Shown here: positions 51,881 through 63,479 of the stretch, piece by piece
Numbering within the stretch: position 1 is the first letter of the stretch
Layout: each line of letters opens with the position of its first letter
Origin: Sphyrna mokarran
Taxonomy: Eukaryota
NCBI GenBank assembly: GCA_024679065.1
Contig: JAGIQG010000005.1
Span: 67,642,001 to 67,706,000, forward strand
Length of the DNA stretch: 64,000 bases
Direction: 5' to 3'
Program-made: the position numbers and the translations under genes
The notes under the pieces: model-generated
Database searches by the model: none
The model's input: only the letters and a program-made list of their open reading frames with translations
Told to the model about the DNA's origin: nothing

Positions 51881-52708
51881 TTGGACAAGTTGCAGAGCTG
51901 GGCCGAGAGGTGGCAAATGGAGTTTAATGTGGAAAAGTGTGAGGTAATTCACTTTGGCAGGAATAACAAATGTGTCGAGTATAGGGCTAATGGTAGGACT
52001 CTTAATAGTGTTGATGAACAGAGGGATCTTGGTGTATGTGTGCATAGATCCCTGAAAGTTGGCAATCAAGTCGATAAGGTTGTTAAGAAGGCATACGGAG
52101 TCTTAGCTTTTATTGGTAGGGGGATTGAATTTCGGAGCCGCAACGTCATGTTGCAACTGTACAAAACTCTAGTGCGGCCGCACTTGGAGTATTGTGTGCA
52201 GTTCTGGTCCCCACATTATAAGAAAGATGTGGAGGCATTGGAGAGGGTACAGAGGAGGTTTACCAGGATGTTGCCTGGTATGGAGGGCAGGTCTTATGAA
52301 GAGAGGCTGAGGGATTTGAGGTTGTTTTCGTTAGAAAGAAGGCGGCTAAGAGGAGACCTTATTGAAACATATAAGATGATTAGAGGTTTAGATAGGGTGG
52401 ACAGTGATAGCCTTTTTCCTAGGATGGAGAAAGCTAGCACGAGGGGACATAGCTTTAAATTAAGGGGTGGTGGTTTTAGGACAGATGTCAGAGGTAGGTT
52501 CTTTACGCAGAGGGTGGTAAGGGTATGGAATGCCTTGCCTGCGTCAGTTGTAGATGCGCCAAGTTTGGTGGCGTATACGAGGTTAGTAGATAAGTTTATG
52601 GATGAAAGGGGAATGGTTTAGGTTAGAGGGTCACTGCTTGTTCCTAATTGGTTGGCGCAACATCAAAGGCTGAAGGGCCTGTTCTGCGCTGTAATGTTCT
52701 ATGTTCTA
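51881..52708 (+). mobile_element. Young 5'-truncated CR1 LINE with intact ORF2 C-terminus (246 aa)
   Basis: Uninterrupted ORF 51881-52621 (WAERWQMEFNVEKCEVIHFG...YKTLVRPHLEYCVQFWSPHY...RVWNALP), retained CpGs, 3' UTR with (ATGTTCT)n tail, and AC duplicated at both ends. Confidence 0.95.
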
Positions 52709-52742
52709 ACGTTTCCGGTCAGGAAAACCCTTCATCAGAGCT
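52709..52742 (-). ncRNA. Minimal type I hammerhead motif with intact core, interrupted by the CR1 insertion
   Basis: The minus strand reads AGCT-CTGATGA-A-GGGT-tttcctg-ACCG-GAAA-CG-T. The remainder (C-GGCT) lies at 51878-51874, on the other side of the CR1. Confidence 0.65.
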
Positions 52743-53462
52743 AAATGCAAAAAGAATCAGCAGAGATTTATACAACGGGGGGAGTGCTGTGAAATGGGAT
52801 AAAGAGTATGTAAATAAGGATATAGAAGGCTGAGATGGTGCTAAAAATGTCCAGTAAGTGATCAGAATGCATGAATGGTAGAACTGAGACACAGATGAAT
52901 GAGGAACAGCCTTGTGATTATGACAGTTACTTTGAAAGGGGGGAGGCAGGGGAGGAGAGAGGTGATGATTGGGGCAGGGGAAGGACAGCTGAAATGGAGA
53001 AGTGGAAAAAGAGGTGAGAAAGAAGGATGATAAAATGGTTGATTGAGATGAACCAAGCTGAAATAAATGGAAATGAAGTGAAGGTGGAGGAGAGAGTTTG
53101 TGCTCTGAAGTTGTTCAGTCTAGAAGACTGTGAAGTTCAATACTGAATTCAACAACTTCAGATCATGAACTCTCTCCTCCATTATCTGATTTATTTTATT
53201 TCATCTGATTCCTCCATTTTCTAATCTTGCTTTCTCACTTCCATTTTTTCACTTCTTTCCTCATTCTCCCTTTCTCCCTCCCTTCCAGGGCAACTGCCAT
53301 ATTCCCCAGGCAGTCCCTTATCCAACTGTATCTCTGTTCTGCCATTCGCGCATTCTGATCATTTAATGGACACTTTTAGCACTTTTCTCAGCCTTGCATA
53401 TCCCCATTTAATTCCTTTTATCCCATTCCACCAGCCTACACTCAATGATTCTGTTTGCACTC

Positions 53463-53501
53463 AGTTCTAAAGAAGAGTAACCTAGACTCGAAACATTAGC
53501 T
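53463..53501 (+). ncRNA. Minimal type I hammerhead motif (degenerate)
   Basis: AGTT-CTAAAGA-A-GAGT-aacctag-ACTC-GAAA-CA-TT-AGCT: stems I and II pair, with one core substitution (CTA for CTG). Confidence 0.6.
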
Positions 53502-54323
53502 CCATTCTCTCCCCACAGAGTCTGTCAGACCTGCTGAGAATTTCCAGCATTCATGTTTTTGTTTCATAATACAGCATCTGCAGTATTCTGCTTTTATCTT
53601 AATATTCTATTAGTCATTCTGATTAATTTTGGAGTTGGCTACCATATTTTAGTGATTGGATAATGTGGACCCCCTAAATATGTTTGCACCTTCAATATTT
53701 CCTAGCTTTTCATCCCTTAAAATATATTGGATCTAACCTCTTTAGGGTCAAAATGGACAATCCCAGGTTCATCTGTGTTCAAATCCATCATTCATAATTT
53801 TACTCAATCACGTGATATATCAATGAGTCTTTGTAATGTTATGATAAATATGCCAGGCTGTACAGTCATTACAAAGAAAAAGAAGATTGAATAATGAGAG
53901 AGGGGGAAGAAAGGCAATTACTGGAGTAGAAAGAAATGATTTCAGTAAAGGTGATCAGACATTGGAAGCATTATGAGATTAAACAAGACAAATGGTAATT
54001 CTACAGATGTCAAACTTTGAACTACAGTGAAACCAAGACAACAATTTAAATAACTAGACTTTTCCCACCTTGCAATTTTAGAACAATCTATTTTACAAAG
54101 GAGGCAATTTAATTGCATTTCTCCACCATTTACGAATTGGCATTTCTAGCTCTGTCAAGAAATGCCAAAAATTGATAAAATGTTAATTGGATTTAAATAC
54201 TTGTTGTCTGGATATATTATTTTGTAAGAATTACATTTCGCTGTCTAGACAGTGCTCTGTAGCACTGTTGTATTTGCATATTGGATATGAATTAAATCCT
54301 CTGCAAACATTTAAGATTAGCAA

Positions 54324-54760
54324 GGTAGAAATGTCCATTTAGTGCGGTGGCAAATGATAATCAAACTCTCTGGTAGCAATAAAACAAGAATGGAATTTCA
54401 TTCCTTCAGGTCGTGAATTGCTTTTGTAGAATGCAAAATATCAAATTTAAATTGCTTAACTTTTCCTGTGTCTTTCTTTTCAAATCTCTCCATTTAATCA
54501 TTATTTTCTTTATATATCTGCTTTGTCATTCAGTTCTTCCCCATAACTAAGTTTCTCAGCACTTCCACTGTTCATTTTCCAAGTCTTCAATCTATTAGTT
54601 CTCCTGTTCACTTGGATTCTAATGCCCTGCATTCCTTGCTCTGCCATCAGTTTGCACTTTTAGCGACTTAGCAAGCAAAATAGTTAAGTTGAAGGGTGCT
54701 GAAGCAAATCTTAGCTAATGGCAGACACTGTTAGATGCCAGACTGCAGCAAATGCTGACC
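54324..54760. mobile_element. Probable MITE-like repeat
   Basis: Starts 'ggtagaaatgtcc' and ends 'cagcaaatgctgacc', with a pyrimidine-rich interior. A similar-looking fragment lies at about 48970-49150. Confidence 0.3.
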
Positions 54761-55712
54761 TACTTATTATGTTTCACAGCAGCAGAACATTACATAACAG
54801 AAAATGTCAATACTGGTTTGAGTTTCCTAAGCTTATTCTTTCAGTAGGATATGCATTGTTTACACTTCATTTTACAATACACTGGGGGTTTCAGCCTACA
54901 AACTGTCATCTTTCACTCCCATACACTAGTGATGCATCAATTTGTCATCTTTCAAGGGCTTTAGAACACAACTTTTCTGCCAGTTTTCGTGGAATTTAAC
55001 ATGCATCATGTTTTTATTAACTTATTCAAAGGGGTTGCTATTCTTCACATGAACAGAAGAAATATTGGCATCGTCTAGTTTGCAATTCTTAGATTGTCAA
55101 ATTTTTCTGCTGTATCTTAGTAAACACTAGCATATTCCTTCCTCCTTTATAGTAAATCCACAAATTTCAAAAATCATGGGAAAACACTTTTTGGAGCTAA
55201 GGTTCCTACTTAATTTTTATGTAAAGATCAATTTAACAATTAAAACACAAATACAAAGCAAAACTATTGCTGCTTTATATTTGTATTGTAAACTCAATTG
55301 CAGAAAAAACTTCTACTTCGGAAAGCAAATCACCAATTCTTGCTCAAGTTCTTGTGCACAAATAGATCTGCCACCAAACCTTTTCTTGGGGGTTCCTGGT
55401 AGTTTGAAGACCAATGCATGCTGCAGGCACAAGTGAAAGTTTGCCAAATGGGAATTTGGGCACAACAGCATTTCTACACAGAGAATTCCCCATAACAGTT
55501 AACACAATCTAATGACAATGTTTATAAATAAACGTCCATCATTGTATCATTTTCTATTTTTTTTCAAGTCAAATTTGCTTTGCTGAGCTGGAATCCATTT
55601 CAGTTTAATTGAAGTCCTTTCTGAAACCCTCTCTCAAGGTGGCAGAAAGTCTCTCAGAGCATTTTGTAAATTGACAGTAACACATGCGCACGAGAGATTT
55701 TTCGGAGCTGTT

Positions 55713-56012
55713 CATAGAATCACAGAATCCCTTCAGTGCAGGAGGTGGACATTTAGATCATCTAGTCTGTACCAACGACAATCCCACACAGGCTCTATTC
55801 CTGTAACCTCCTGCTAGTCCGCTGCCATAAGTGGCAGTTTAGTGCAGCTAATTCACCTAACCCGCACATCTTTGGACTATGGGAGGAAACCAGAGCATCC
55901 AGAGGAAACCCACACAGGGAGAGAATGTGCAAACTCGACACAGACTGAAAACTGGAATTGAACCTGGGTCCCTGGCATTGAGGGGCAACAATGCTATCTG
56001 TGGCACTGTCGT
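55713..56012 (-). mobile_element. HE1-type V-SINE
   Basis: Tail 'catagaatcacagaatccc', V domain 'cacatctttggactatgggaggaaaccagagc', head 'ctggaattgaacctgggtccctggc'. Confidence 0.9.
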
Positions 56013-57394
56013 TCCTTCTGACACATCACACCAAATTAATATCTTGTGATTGCAACAAAAACATAAAATCTCAAACCTAGGTTAAAATGAAAAGCTGATA
56101 GAGAACTTAAATCGCCTCAAAAAAAATGGATCCATGACCATTACAAGTAGTGGCAACAAAACTTTCCTTTTTAGAACCATTAAGTATAGAGAGCATATCG
56201 TGCTGCACAATGGAATCGAATAGAGACCATATCATCCAACTACCAGCAGGAAACCATTCAAGTCCAACAATGGTGACAGAGTGAATAGTACAAAGAGGCT
56301 ATGCCACAACAGCCAGTTTTTTTTATTTAGTGACACAGACATGGATCAGGATTCAGATAGAACAAAAGAAGCACAAAACCAGTAGCAAGTATGACACAAG
56401 AGGGAAGATGTAGCAAAAAATAACTAGCTGCCTGGATGAAGACACAGGCTCTCAAGGAGGCAGTGATGTAACTCACAGTTAGAATCAAATCCTATCTCCA
56501 TAAGCACGACACCCATGAAGGTTTATCACTGTCTTCAATTTTACCCCTCAAGGGATTTGCCAGACTGTTAAAACAGTTAAGACTGTTTAGATTTGGACAA
56601 GTGATGCTTCCCCTTCTGCAAAAAGGAATAGAAGGCTACACAAAATGTTTATAGAGAATTAAATTTGATAAGCATAGGAATGTTTATAGTTTACACGATC
56701 GATATGTTATGCATTTTATTTTGCATTGCTTTGTATGTACTGCTAACTGGCAGTTTCCTAAATACATGGTCAGAAACTACGAAACCAATTGTTGAAACAC
56801 CTTGCATGATCCATTAACCTTAAGAAAACAAAAGGAGAGTTTCATCTATTTTGCATAAAATTCAAAGCAATAAAAATATTTGCTTGAATTTGACCTTGGG
56901 GAAAAGGTAAATGTTTAAGCTAAATACCACTTTGGTAATTTCAAATGTCAATTTGAAACAATTATTCAATAATTGGGGGAGATAAAATTAAACTTCAAAC
57001 ATTCAGCTCCATTGTGACAATTCACCTTTTGGCAGAAGAGAGTTATTGAGTTATCAGGGACTTTAAGTTGTAAAACATGAGAAATTTTTAAGCTAACATA
57101 ACTCCTATTTCTGTAGCTCAGTAGTTACTGATCATTTTCCACATATTCCATGCATGGCTGTTATGGAATTTAAAATGTATGATTTTGATGCAATTTAACT
57201 GCTCAACGTGGGAATCCTCAGCATCCAGTTCTGTTAGCAGAAAATGAAATGTGTTATAAGATGACCAGGATCTGTTGGCTATGGGTACCAAGCATTTACT
57301 GACTCTATTTATTTGGTTATTTACTTGGTTGAGGAACCAACAAGGCTAGCAGGCCATCTCAGACTGGGAATTGCCAACTAATCCTTCCTCATGC

Positions 57395-58700
57395 ACAATC
57401 TAGCTGAGAGAGAACCTTAGGGGATGAGTGATCATAATATGGTTGAATTCTTTGTCAAAGTGGATAATGATGCCATCGATTCTGAGACCAGGGTGCTGAA
57501 TTTCAATGAAGGTAACAGTGATGTTATGAGATATAAATTGGCTATTATGGACTGGAAACAATTACTGAAATGAAAGACAGGGGATAGGCAATGGCATAGA
57601 TTTATAAGATAAATAGGTAAACTCCAGAAGTTGTTTTTCCTGTTTGGCACAAGAGTGGCAAGGGAATTGTTGGCAAACTATGGCTTATAAGAGAAATTAG
57701 AGATAATATCAGATTCAAGGAAGGTACATACAAATTCACAAGAAAAAAAACAATAGGCCTGACGATTGGGAGCAGTTTAAAATTCAGCAAAGGAAGACCA
57801 AGAGATTGATTAAGAAAGGAAAAATAGAGTACGAAAGTAACCCAGCAAGGAACGTAAAAACTGACTGCAAAAGATTCTATAGATATGTAAAGAGAAAAAC
57901 ATTGACAAAACAAATGTAGGCCCCTTACAATCAGGAACGGAAGAATTCATAATGGGGAATAAAGAAATAGCAGAGGAATTAAATTTAAATGTTGCTTCAG
58001 TCTTCACAAGGGAAGACATGAATAATGTACAAGAAGTGCTTACAAAAATATGTTTTAGTGAGTAGCTGAAGGAAATCAGAATTAGTCAAGAAATGGTTTT
58101 GGGGAAATTTGGGGATTGAACGTGGATAAATCTGTAGGTCTTGATAATATTAAACACAGCATATTAAGGAAGTGGCCCCGGAAACAGTAGATCCAATAAT
58201 GATTATTTTCCAAAATCCTTTGGACTCTGGAACAGTTCCTACAGATTGAAGGGTAGCTAATGTAAGTTCACTATTCAAAAAGGGAGGAAGCGAGAAAACA
58301 ATGAGTTACAAACCAGTGAGCCTAACATTGGTATAGGGAAGTTGCTAGAGTCTATCATCAAGGATTTCATAACTCGTTATTTGAAAGGATGTAGTATAAT
58401 CCAATAAAATCAGCATGGATTTAGAAAAGAGAAATCATGCTTAACGAATCTATTGGAATTTTTTGAGGATCGAATTAGTAGAGTTGATGGAGGAGGACCA
58501 ATGGATGTGGTTTATTTAGACTTTTGGAGAAATTAGCTATAGCTCTTGGGGCTAAAGGAATCAAGGGATATGGTGGGAGGGAGGGGGGGGGAAGAGAAAT
58601 CAGAATATAGAATTCAATTATCAGCCATAATCAGAATGGATAGTGGAGTAGACTAAAAGGACCGAATGGCTTATTCCTCTTCTGGTTACTATGTTTCTAT
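57395..58700 (+). mobile_element. CR1 LINE fragment with internal deletion
   Basis: 'agtgatcataatatggttgaattc' (SDHNMVEF), 'aatcagcatggattt', 'gatgtggtttatttagacttt' (DVVYLDF), then an abrupt jump to the 3' UTR and tail 'ttactatgtttctat'. Confidence 0.85.
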
Positions 58701-58989
58701 TGCCTGAACCTAACCACTCTGGTACCCACAGAAACTGCAAATAAATTGGGCAAAAAAAAACTTACCTCAGAATTATGAAACAAACAGGCATTCCAAAACA
58801 ATATAAACCTGAGCTCTAAGTATGCTACTTACATCTGCGCACCTAATATTTTGCCTGAGGGATTCTCTAACCAAGGCCTTGGCCTTTTGAACTTGGTATT
58901 AGCTGAAAGTGAGATGACTTCGTGAATAAAATTTTGTATTTCTTATTTTGTAAAATGCTCTGAGTTCTTGTTTAAGGTTTTAAGCATAT

Positions 58990-59277
58990 TTATTAGTGTC
59001 ACAAATAACCTTATATTACATGCAATAAAGTTACTGTGGGAATATCTCCTAGTCATCACGCTCCAACATCTATTCGGGTACACTAAGGGAGAATTTAGCA
59101 TGACCAATGCATCTAACCAGCAAGTGTTTTGAACTCTGGGAGGAAACCGGAGCACCCGGAGGAAATCCGCAAACTGGGAGTGCGTGCATACTCCACATAG
59201 ATAGTGACTCCAGCCACGAGTTAAACCCAAATCTCTGGTGTCGTCAGGCAGCAATGCTAACCACTGTGCCATGGTGC
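58990..59277 (-). mobile_element. V-SINE with a non-CR1 tail
   Basis: HE1-like head and V domain (59090-59277), but the tail reads '...cacagtaactttattgcatgtaatataaggttatttgtgacactaataaa'. Confidence 0.8.
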
Positions 59278-62219
59278 TGATTGTGTTGGGACAGTTGCAT
59301 CATTTCTTTGTGTATCTAAGGGGACGTGCAATGTAACAGCAGGTCTTTTGATATGTTTCAGAAAACGTGTATTTTGTAGCAATCTGATTTTTTATGCCTG
59401 CAATGTAACTGATTTGATCGTATCACTTAAATATGGCAAGTTAAAGTTGCTATACGAATGACACTAGACTAGGTATTGAACAGTTTTTAGAGATGAATTA
59501 AATCCCATCACCAATAAAATCCCTAAATAACAGGTTATCCAAAGCCTTTCTTAGTTCCCATAAATGAGTTGCATCAATTACACATTACACGTCATAATAT
59601 CCTCTTAGCAAAACAGCCTATTTCAGATTCACTGTGAGCAATACCCTGGGAGACTCTCAAAACAAAATTTACAATCTATTTAGGCTACATCAAGGAAGCT
59701 AGACCACATATTCCATGGCAGATCTGGCAAATGACTTTTTTTCATTCTGACAGGGGAAAATTGGCTCTCTTTTTTTTTTACTGAGTTGCTCTGAAATGTC
59801 CTTTGACAGTGAAGATCCATACTAAGCATCAATAAATATTAGTTGATAAAGTCACCAAAAGACTGAACAGAAAAAAATTGCTCTAAGTTTTGACCATAGA
59901 TACCATAATGGACCCCATCAATAGCATTGATAACCAATCCATCTGCTTTAATATGCCTTACAGTTTAACCTACAAAATGTGCATTCGAACTAAAGTCTCT
60001 GCTAAGGGAAAACACATTAAGTTTACAAAAACATAGTTTTCCTGATGGAATGTACTTGTATATAGAAATGTATTAAATTATGTGCCATGGTACTATGAAT
60101 GCTAATCAATCTCAATGAATCAGATTCAATCTGCAAACAGCGCTGGCAAGTATCACTGAAACTATATCACGGTGCACTCTTATCATGCCAAAGCACAGAA
60201 GGAACACAGCGTGTAACTTCAACAGCTGGCACAATGCATTCAGCTTCAGTTTGAAATTCAAATTAACCAGCATGTGGAGGAGCTGATAAGCAGTGTAGTA
60301 AAGTGGAAAAATGAGGTAGCCTACACCCGACTAACCAACACAGGTGGATTTTGTGTAATGAAGCAAATAGCATAAGTAATAACAGTATGTACAAATTTAT
60401 CATACCATACTGGGAAGAAAACAATGGCACGCATAAGCAGGTTTAAAAAGTGAATCAAAAGCACAATAAAGGGCATTCATTGAAACAAGTGCCTTTCAGC
60501 TAAAAGCAAAAGCTTCAGCTGATTCTGCTGACAACAGATATAAACTGGGTTCTTCATAAGTTCGATTTCAAGTGCACAATACAATTTTGGTCAAGGTTTT
60601 CTTTTATATAATCCCGTAAAAATAATTAAAGGCAGCTTAAACTCAACATATTATTTAGCAAATAAAAATATCTTGAATACTTTTCACAACTGGCAACACA
60701 ATTCTGCTGACATCAGTCCAATCATTTAGGCGCGGATCAAAGGATTACCGGCCTCAACTTCACATACTTCAAACCACAAATTTAGCTTTTTCATTTTTCC
60801 ATGGAGCCCATGTGGTCTCAGATTTTAATAACTTCCACATTCTCTCCTGCCACCTGACCCCCTCGGCCCTGCAAGTAACAAATTTGATTCTGTTAAAGTT
60901 ATCATACAATGAAAAGCTTAGAAGTTCCTAAAACTACATCTCATCATTAAGTTAACAGTAACTAATAAATAATTGACTAATTACAAAAGTAGTCAAAACT
61001 GTGTGATGTTTAAATGGAATTTCAAAAAACAAATCAAAATTAAGAAATGACAGCATTGTACAAACAGTAATTGAAAATAATGGGTAGTTTGCAAGATATT
61101 AGGGGTTGGGGGGGTGGGGGGGGAAGCGGAGATGAAGGAATTAAGAACATCATTATGCACAATCATAACTACAGATTCAATGCTGACTTCTATTTTCCTG
61201 CTCCTTGATGGTCAGCCTGTAGAATCTGCCATTTAGCAGGGATTTTGAAGTAAAAATGCCAACAGATGCAAAATGTCTTTGGAGAGTTACACCAGTTTCG
61301 TGTTATGCTGTCAATGCAAAGTTTACAATGTGTGCACAGTTACAATGAAATGTCCTCAAGCCACAGTTCCCCAAGCTACAGATGTGGCAACCTGGTTTGG
61401 TTTCAAGATGTAGGTGGGAAAGAAGACATCTCTGACTTTCCACTTTTTTGCGATGTCGCCAGAGGAAAGTAGCTAACCTGCAAAAAGTTTAGCACTTGAA
61501 AGAGAATCAGCAAAAATGACCACTACCATCTTATATCAAGAGACTGCCAAAACACAAATTTGAAAGTGTCTGCTTCTCAGGACAATACTTAACTTCAGCA
61601 GGGGTCAAAACGTGATACAGTGGATTCACATCTTTCTAAAGTCATTAGTCTTGTATGGGTAGTAAAATTAGATAATCAGATTTAGTCAATCTCTGTTGAT
61701 TGATTTAGGTTAGCAATATCCTGACGTGTCTTCCTCTCTCGCCCTTCAGATAATAATTCCTTCTATACCTGTCTCTTCCATTTTCACCATTTTTTAATTT
61801 TTGTCTTTTATCAGATGGAATTCACAAATTACAACAGCATACATCCTGCATTGGTTATTAAGGGAAGAAGTACTTCACAATTTTTCTTTCCATTATGTTA
61901 TGCATGCTTCCACTCACCTTTCCTCCCCTTTCCCTTACTCATTCACCTTTCTATTAACTCCTCCATTTTCATTTCCAACATCCTCTGATTGATTCCTTTC
62001 TTATTCCTCCTCAACTCCTGAGGTTTTAATTCAAATTCAGTATTTTTTATTTTTGCTGTCATTTGACCTGCAAAATCACTCCATTGCCATTCATCCCAAG
62101 TACATTATGAAAAGTCCAAGATTCCTCAATCAACTTTAGATGCCCCCCTCTTCCTTCTTCCATTGCTTGTTTTTGCTTTCAAACATGAACAAAATCAAAT
62201 TGCAGTCAGGAAAATCACT

Positions 62220-62305
62220 CTATGCTTCTGGAGGTACTTAACACTCAGTCTCTCAGAAGTATAAACTTTTGTAAGACTGAGTGTTAAATACCTTTAGAAG
62301 CATAG
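62220..62305. repeat. 86-bp near-perfect palindrome/hairpin (40-bp arms)
   Basis: ctatgcttctggaggtacttaacactcagtctctcagaag-tataaa-cttttgtaagactgagtgttaaatacctttagaagcatag. Confidence 0.9.
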
Positions 62306-62836
62306 TTTATCCTTCTGTAAGTACTAAAGAATCAGAACAGTGTGACCTTATCCCCATTGTCTCTCACATACACATGGACCCCTTTAAATTTAATAAATTT
62401 ACAAGTGAAAAAGAAAAAAACATTCATAAACAGAAATAGATCAAATTAATTTTAATAATGAAATTGTGAAAGGAACAGTTTTTTAACTTTTCTTTAAAGC
62501 CCTTTTGGTCATTTTTAATTTCAACTACTCAGAAGTAATCGTTGAAAATGCATTATTTCAGAAAGTATATTCACTAACTACGGGCAACGATACTCTGTTT
62601 GGTGTTGAGGGAGAGTTTCACTAATCCACTCTTCAAATTAAGACGAGAGTGTTCATTGAAGTGCCACCCAGTGGCATGGCAGTGAATATTAGCAGTCATG
62701 TGGATTTTTTACACTGGAATTCTCAGGTGAAATGTTCATCTATCAGTTTTCAAGGGAGAAAGAAGCTCTCTCTTCATGTCCTGGCTTTGAGGAAGTCAAG
62801 ATCAAATAGGGTCTTCAGGCTAATCACATGAATAAC

Positions 62837-63450
62837 AAGCGGCCAAGAGCATTCAGCCTCCAACCTTCGAGTAATCATTCTTCAAGGCGGCCTTCAAGAT
62901 ATAAAACAAAGCAGAATCACCAAGCAAAAGCTAATATACACGTTCTGGACTCATGATGAAGGCATTAACCATAATCTTAGGTCTATGTAACTCCATCACA
63001 CTATTTGGTGCGGGAAAAATCTCCGACTGTTCTGTTTTCACCCCATACTTACCTTGCCTGTGGGTGATAATCTCTCTACCTGAATTAGTTTGTGTTGTGT
63101 TCAACAACATCTCATTGATTGTTTGTAATTATCTTTCTTCTTAAATTTTCAGTTATAAGCCCATCCCTTCACTTGTTATACAGCCTGTCGACATTTCACA
63201 TGGTGATTCTACTTAATTGCCTGCAATTCGCTATTTCGCGATTACTTGTAAAGACTGGTTATTTCAGCCGGCCTATATTGTTTGCACTTAATCTTTGACA
63301 CTCATGGTTACCTGTTAGTGTTGAGCTTCTGTCACTCCACTTATATATTCTGTGCCTGTGCACTTTACTCTACTTCACCCGACAAAGGAACAGGGCTTCA
63401 AAAACGTGAGATTTTAAATAAACCTGTTGGACTATAACCTGGTGTTGTGT
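62837..63450 (+). mobile_element. Penelope-like element 3' end (GIY-YIG C-terminus plus pLTR with decayed hammerhead)
   Basis: SGQEHSASNLRVIILQGGLQDIKQSRITKQKLIYTFWTHDEGIN parallels ORF 26141-26458. pLTR 'cacccgacaaaggaacagggcttcaaaaacgtg...aaataaacctgttggactataacctggtgttgtg'. Confidence 0.8.
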
Positions 63451-63479
63451 GTTCCTATCGTAAACACAGGGTTAAACTG

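Larger units (their letters stand above)
51812..53618. mobile_element. Penelope-like fold-back: two inverted copies of ORF C-terminus plus pLTR (left arm 51812-51880 + 52709-53136 on -, right arm 53137-53618 on +)
   Basis: 'aatgctggaaaatctcagcaggtctgacagcatctgtggagaaagaatagagc' vs 'gctccattctctccccacagagtctgtcagacctgctgagaatttccagcatt'. The centre has 'ctgaagttgttc' and 'ttcaacaacttcagatcatga' (N.EFNNFRS*, like a GIY-YIG ORF end). Purine-rich and pyrimidine-rich mirror tracts. Confidence 0.8.
50230..53850 (-). mobile_element. Old CR1 broken into pieces (about 50230-50380, 50560-50710, 51690-51811, 53619-53850) by nested insertions
   Basis: 'gtgaccagaactgcacacac...gatttatgtaac...agtatcccatta' continues after 53619 as 'ctattagtc...ttttagtgattggataatgtggacccctaaat', and 'ttcaaatccatc' follows, in collinear CR1 minus-strand order. 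Confidence 0.55.

Noticed and set aside
51881-52621. Longest ORF (246 aa) as a host gene
   Set aside because: It is the C-terminus of CR1 ORF2, 5'-truncated, with a TTG pseudo-start and a CR1 tail.
61102-61123. G-run tracts (also 58574-58591 and C-runs at 11630-11690) as functional G-quadruplexes
   Set aside because: Low-complexity runs like these are common, and nothing else supports function.
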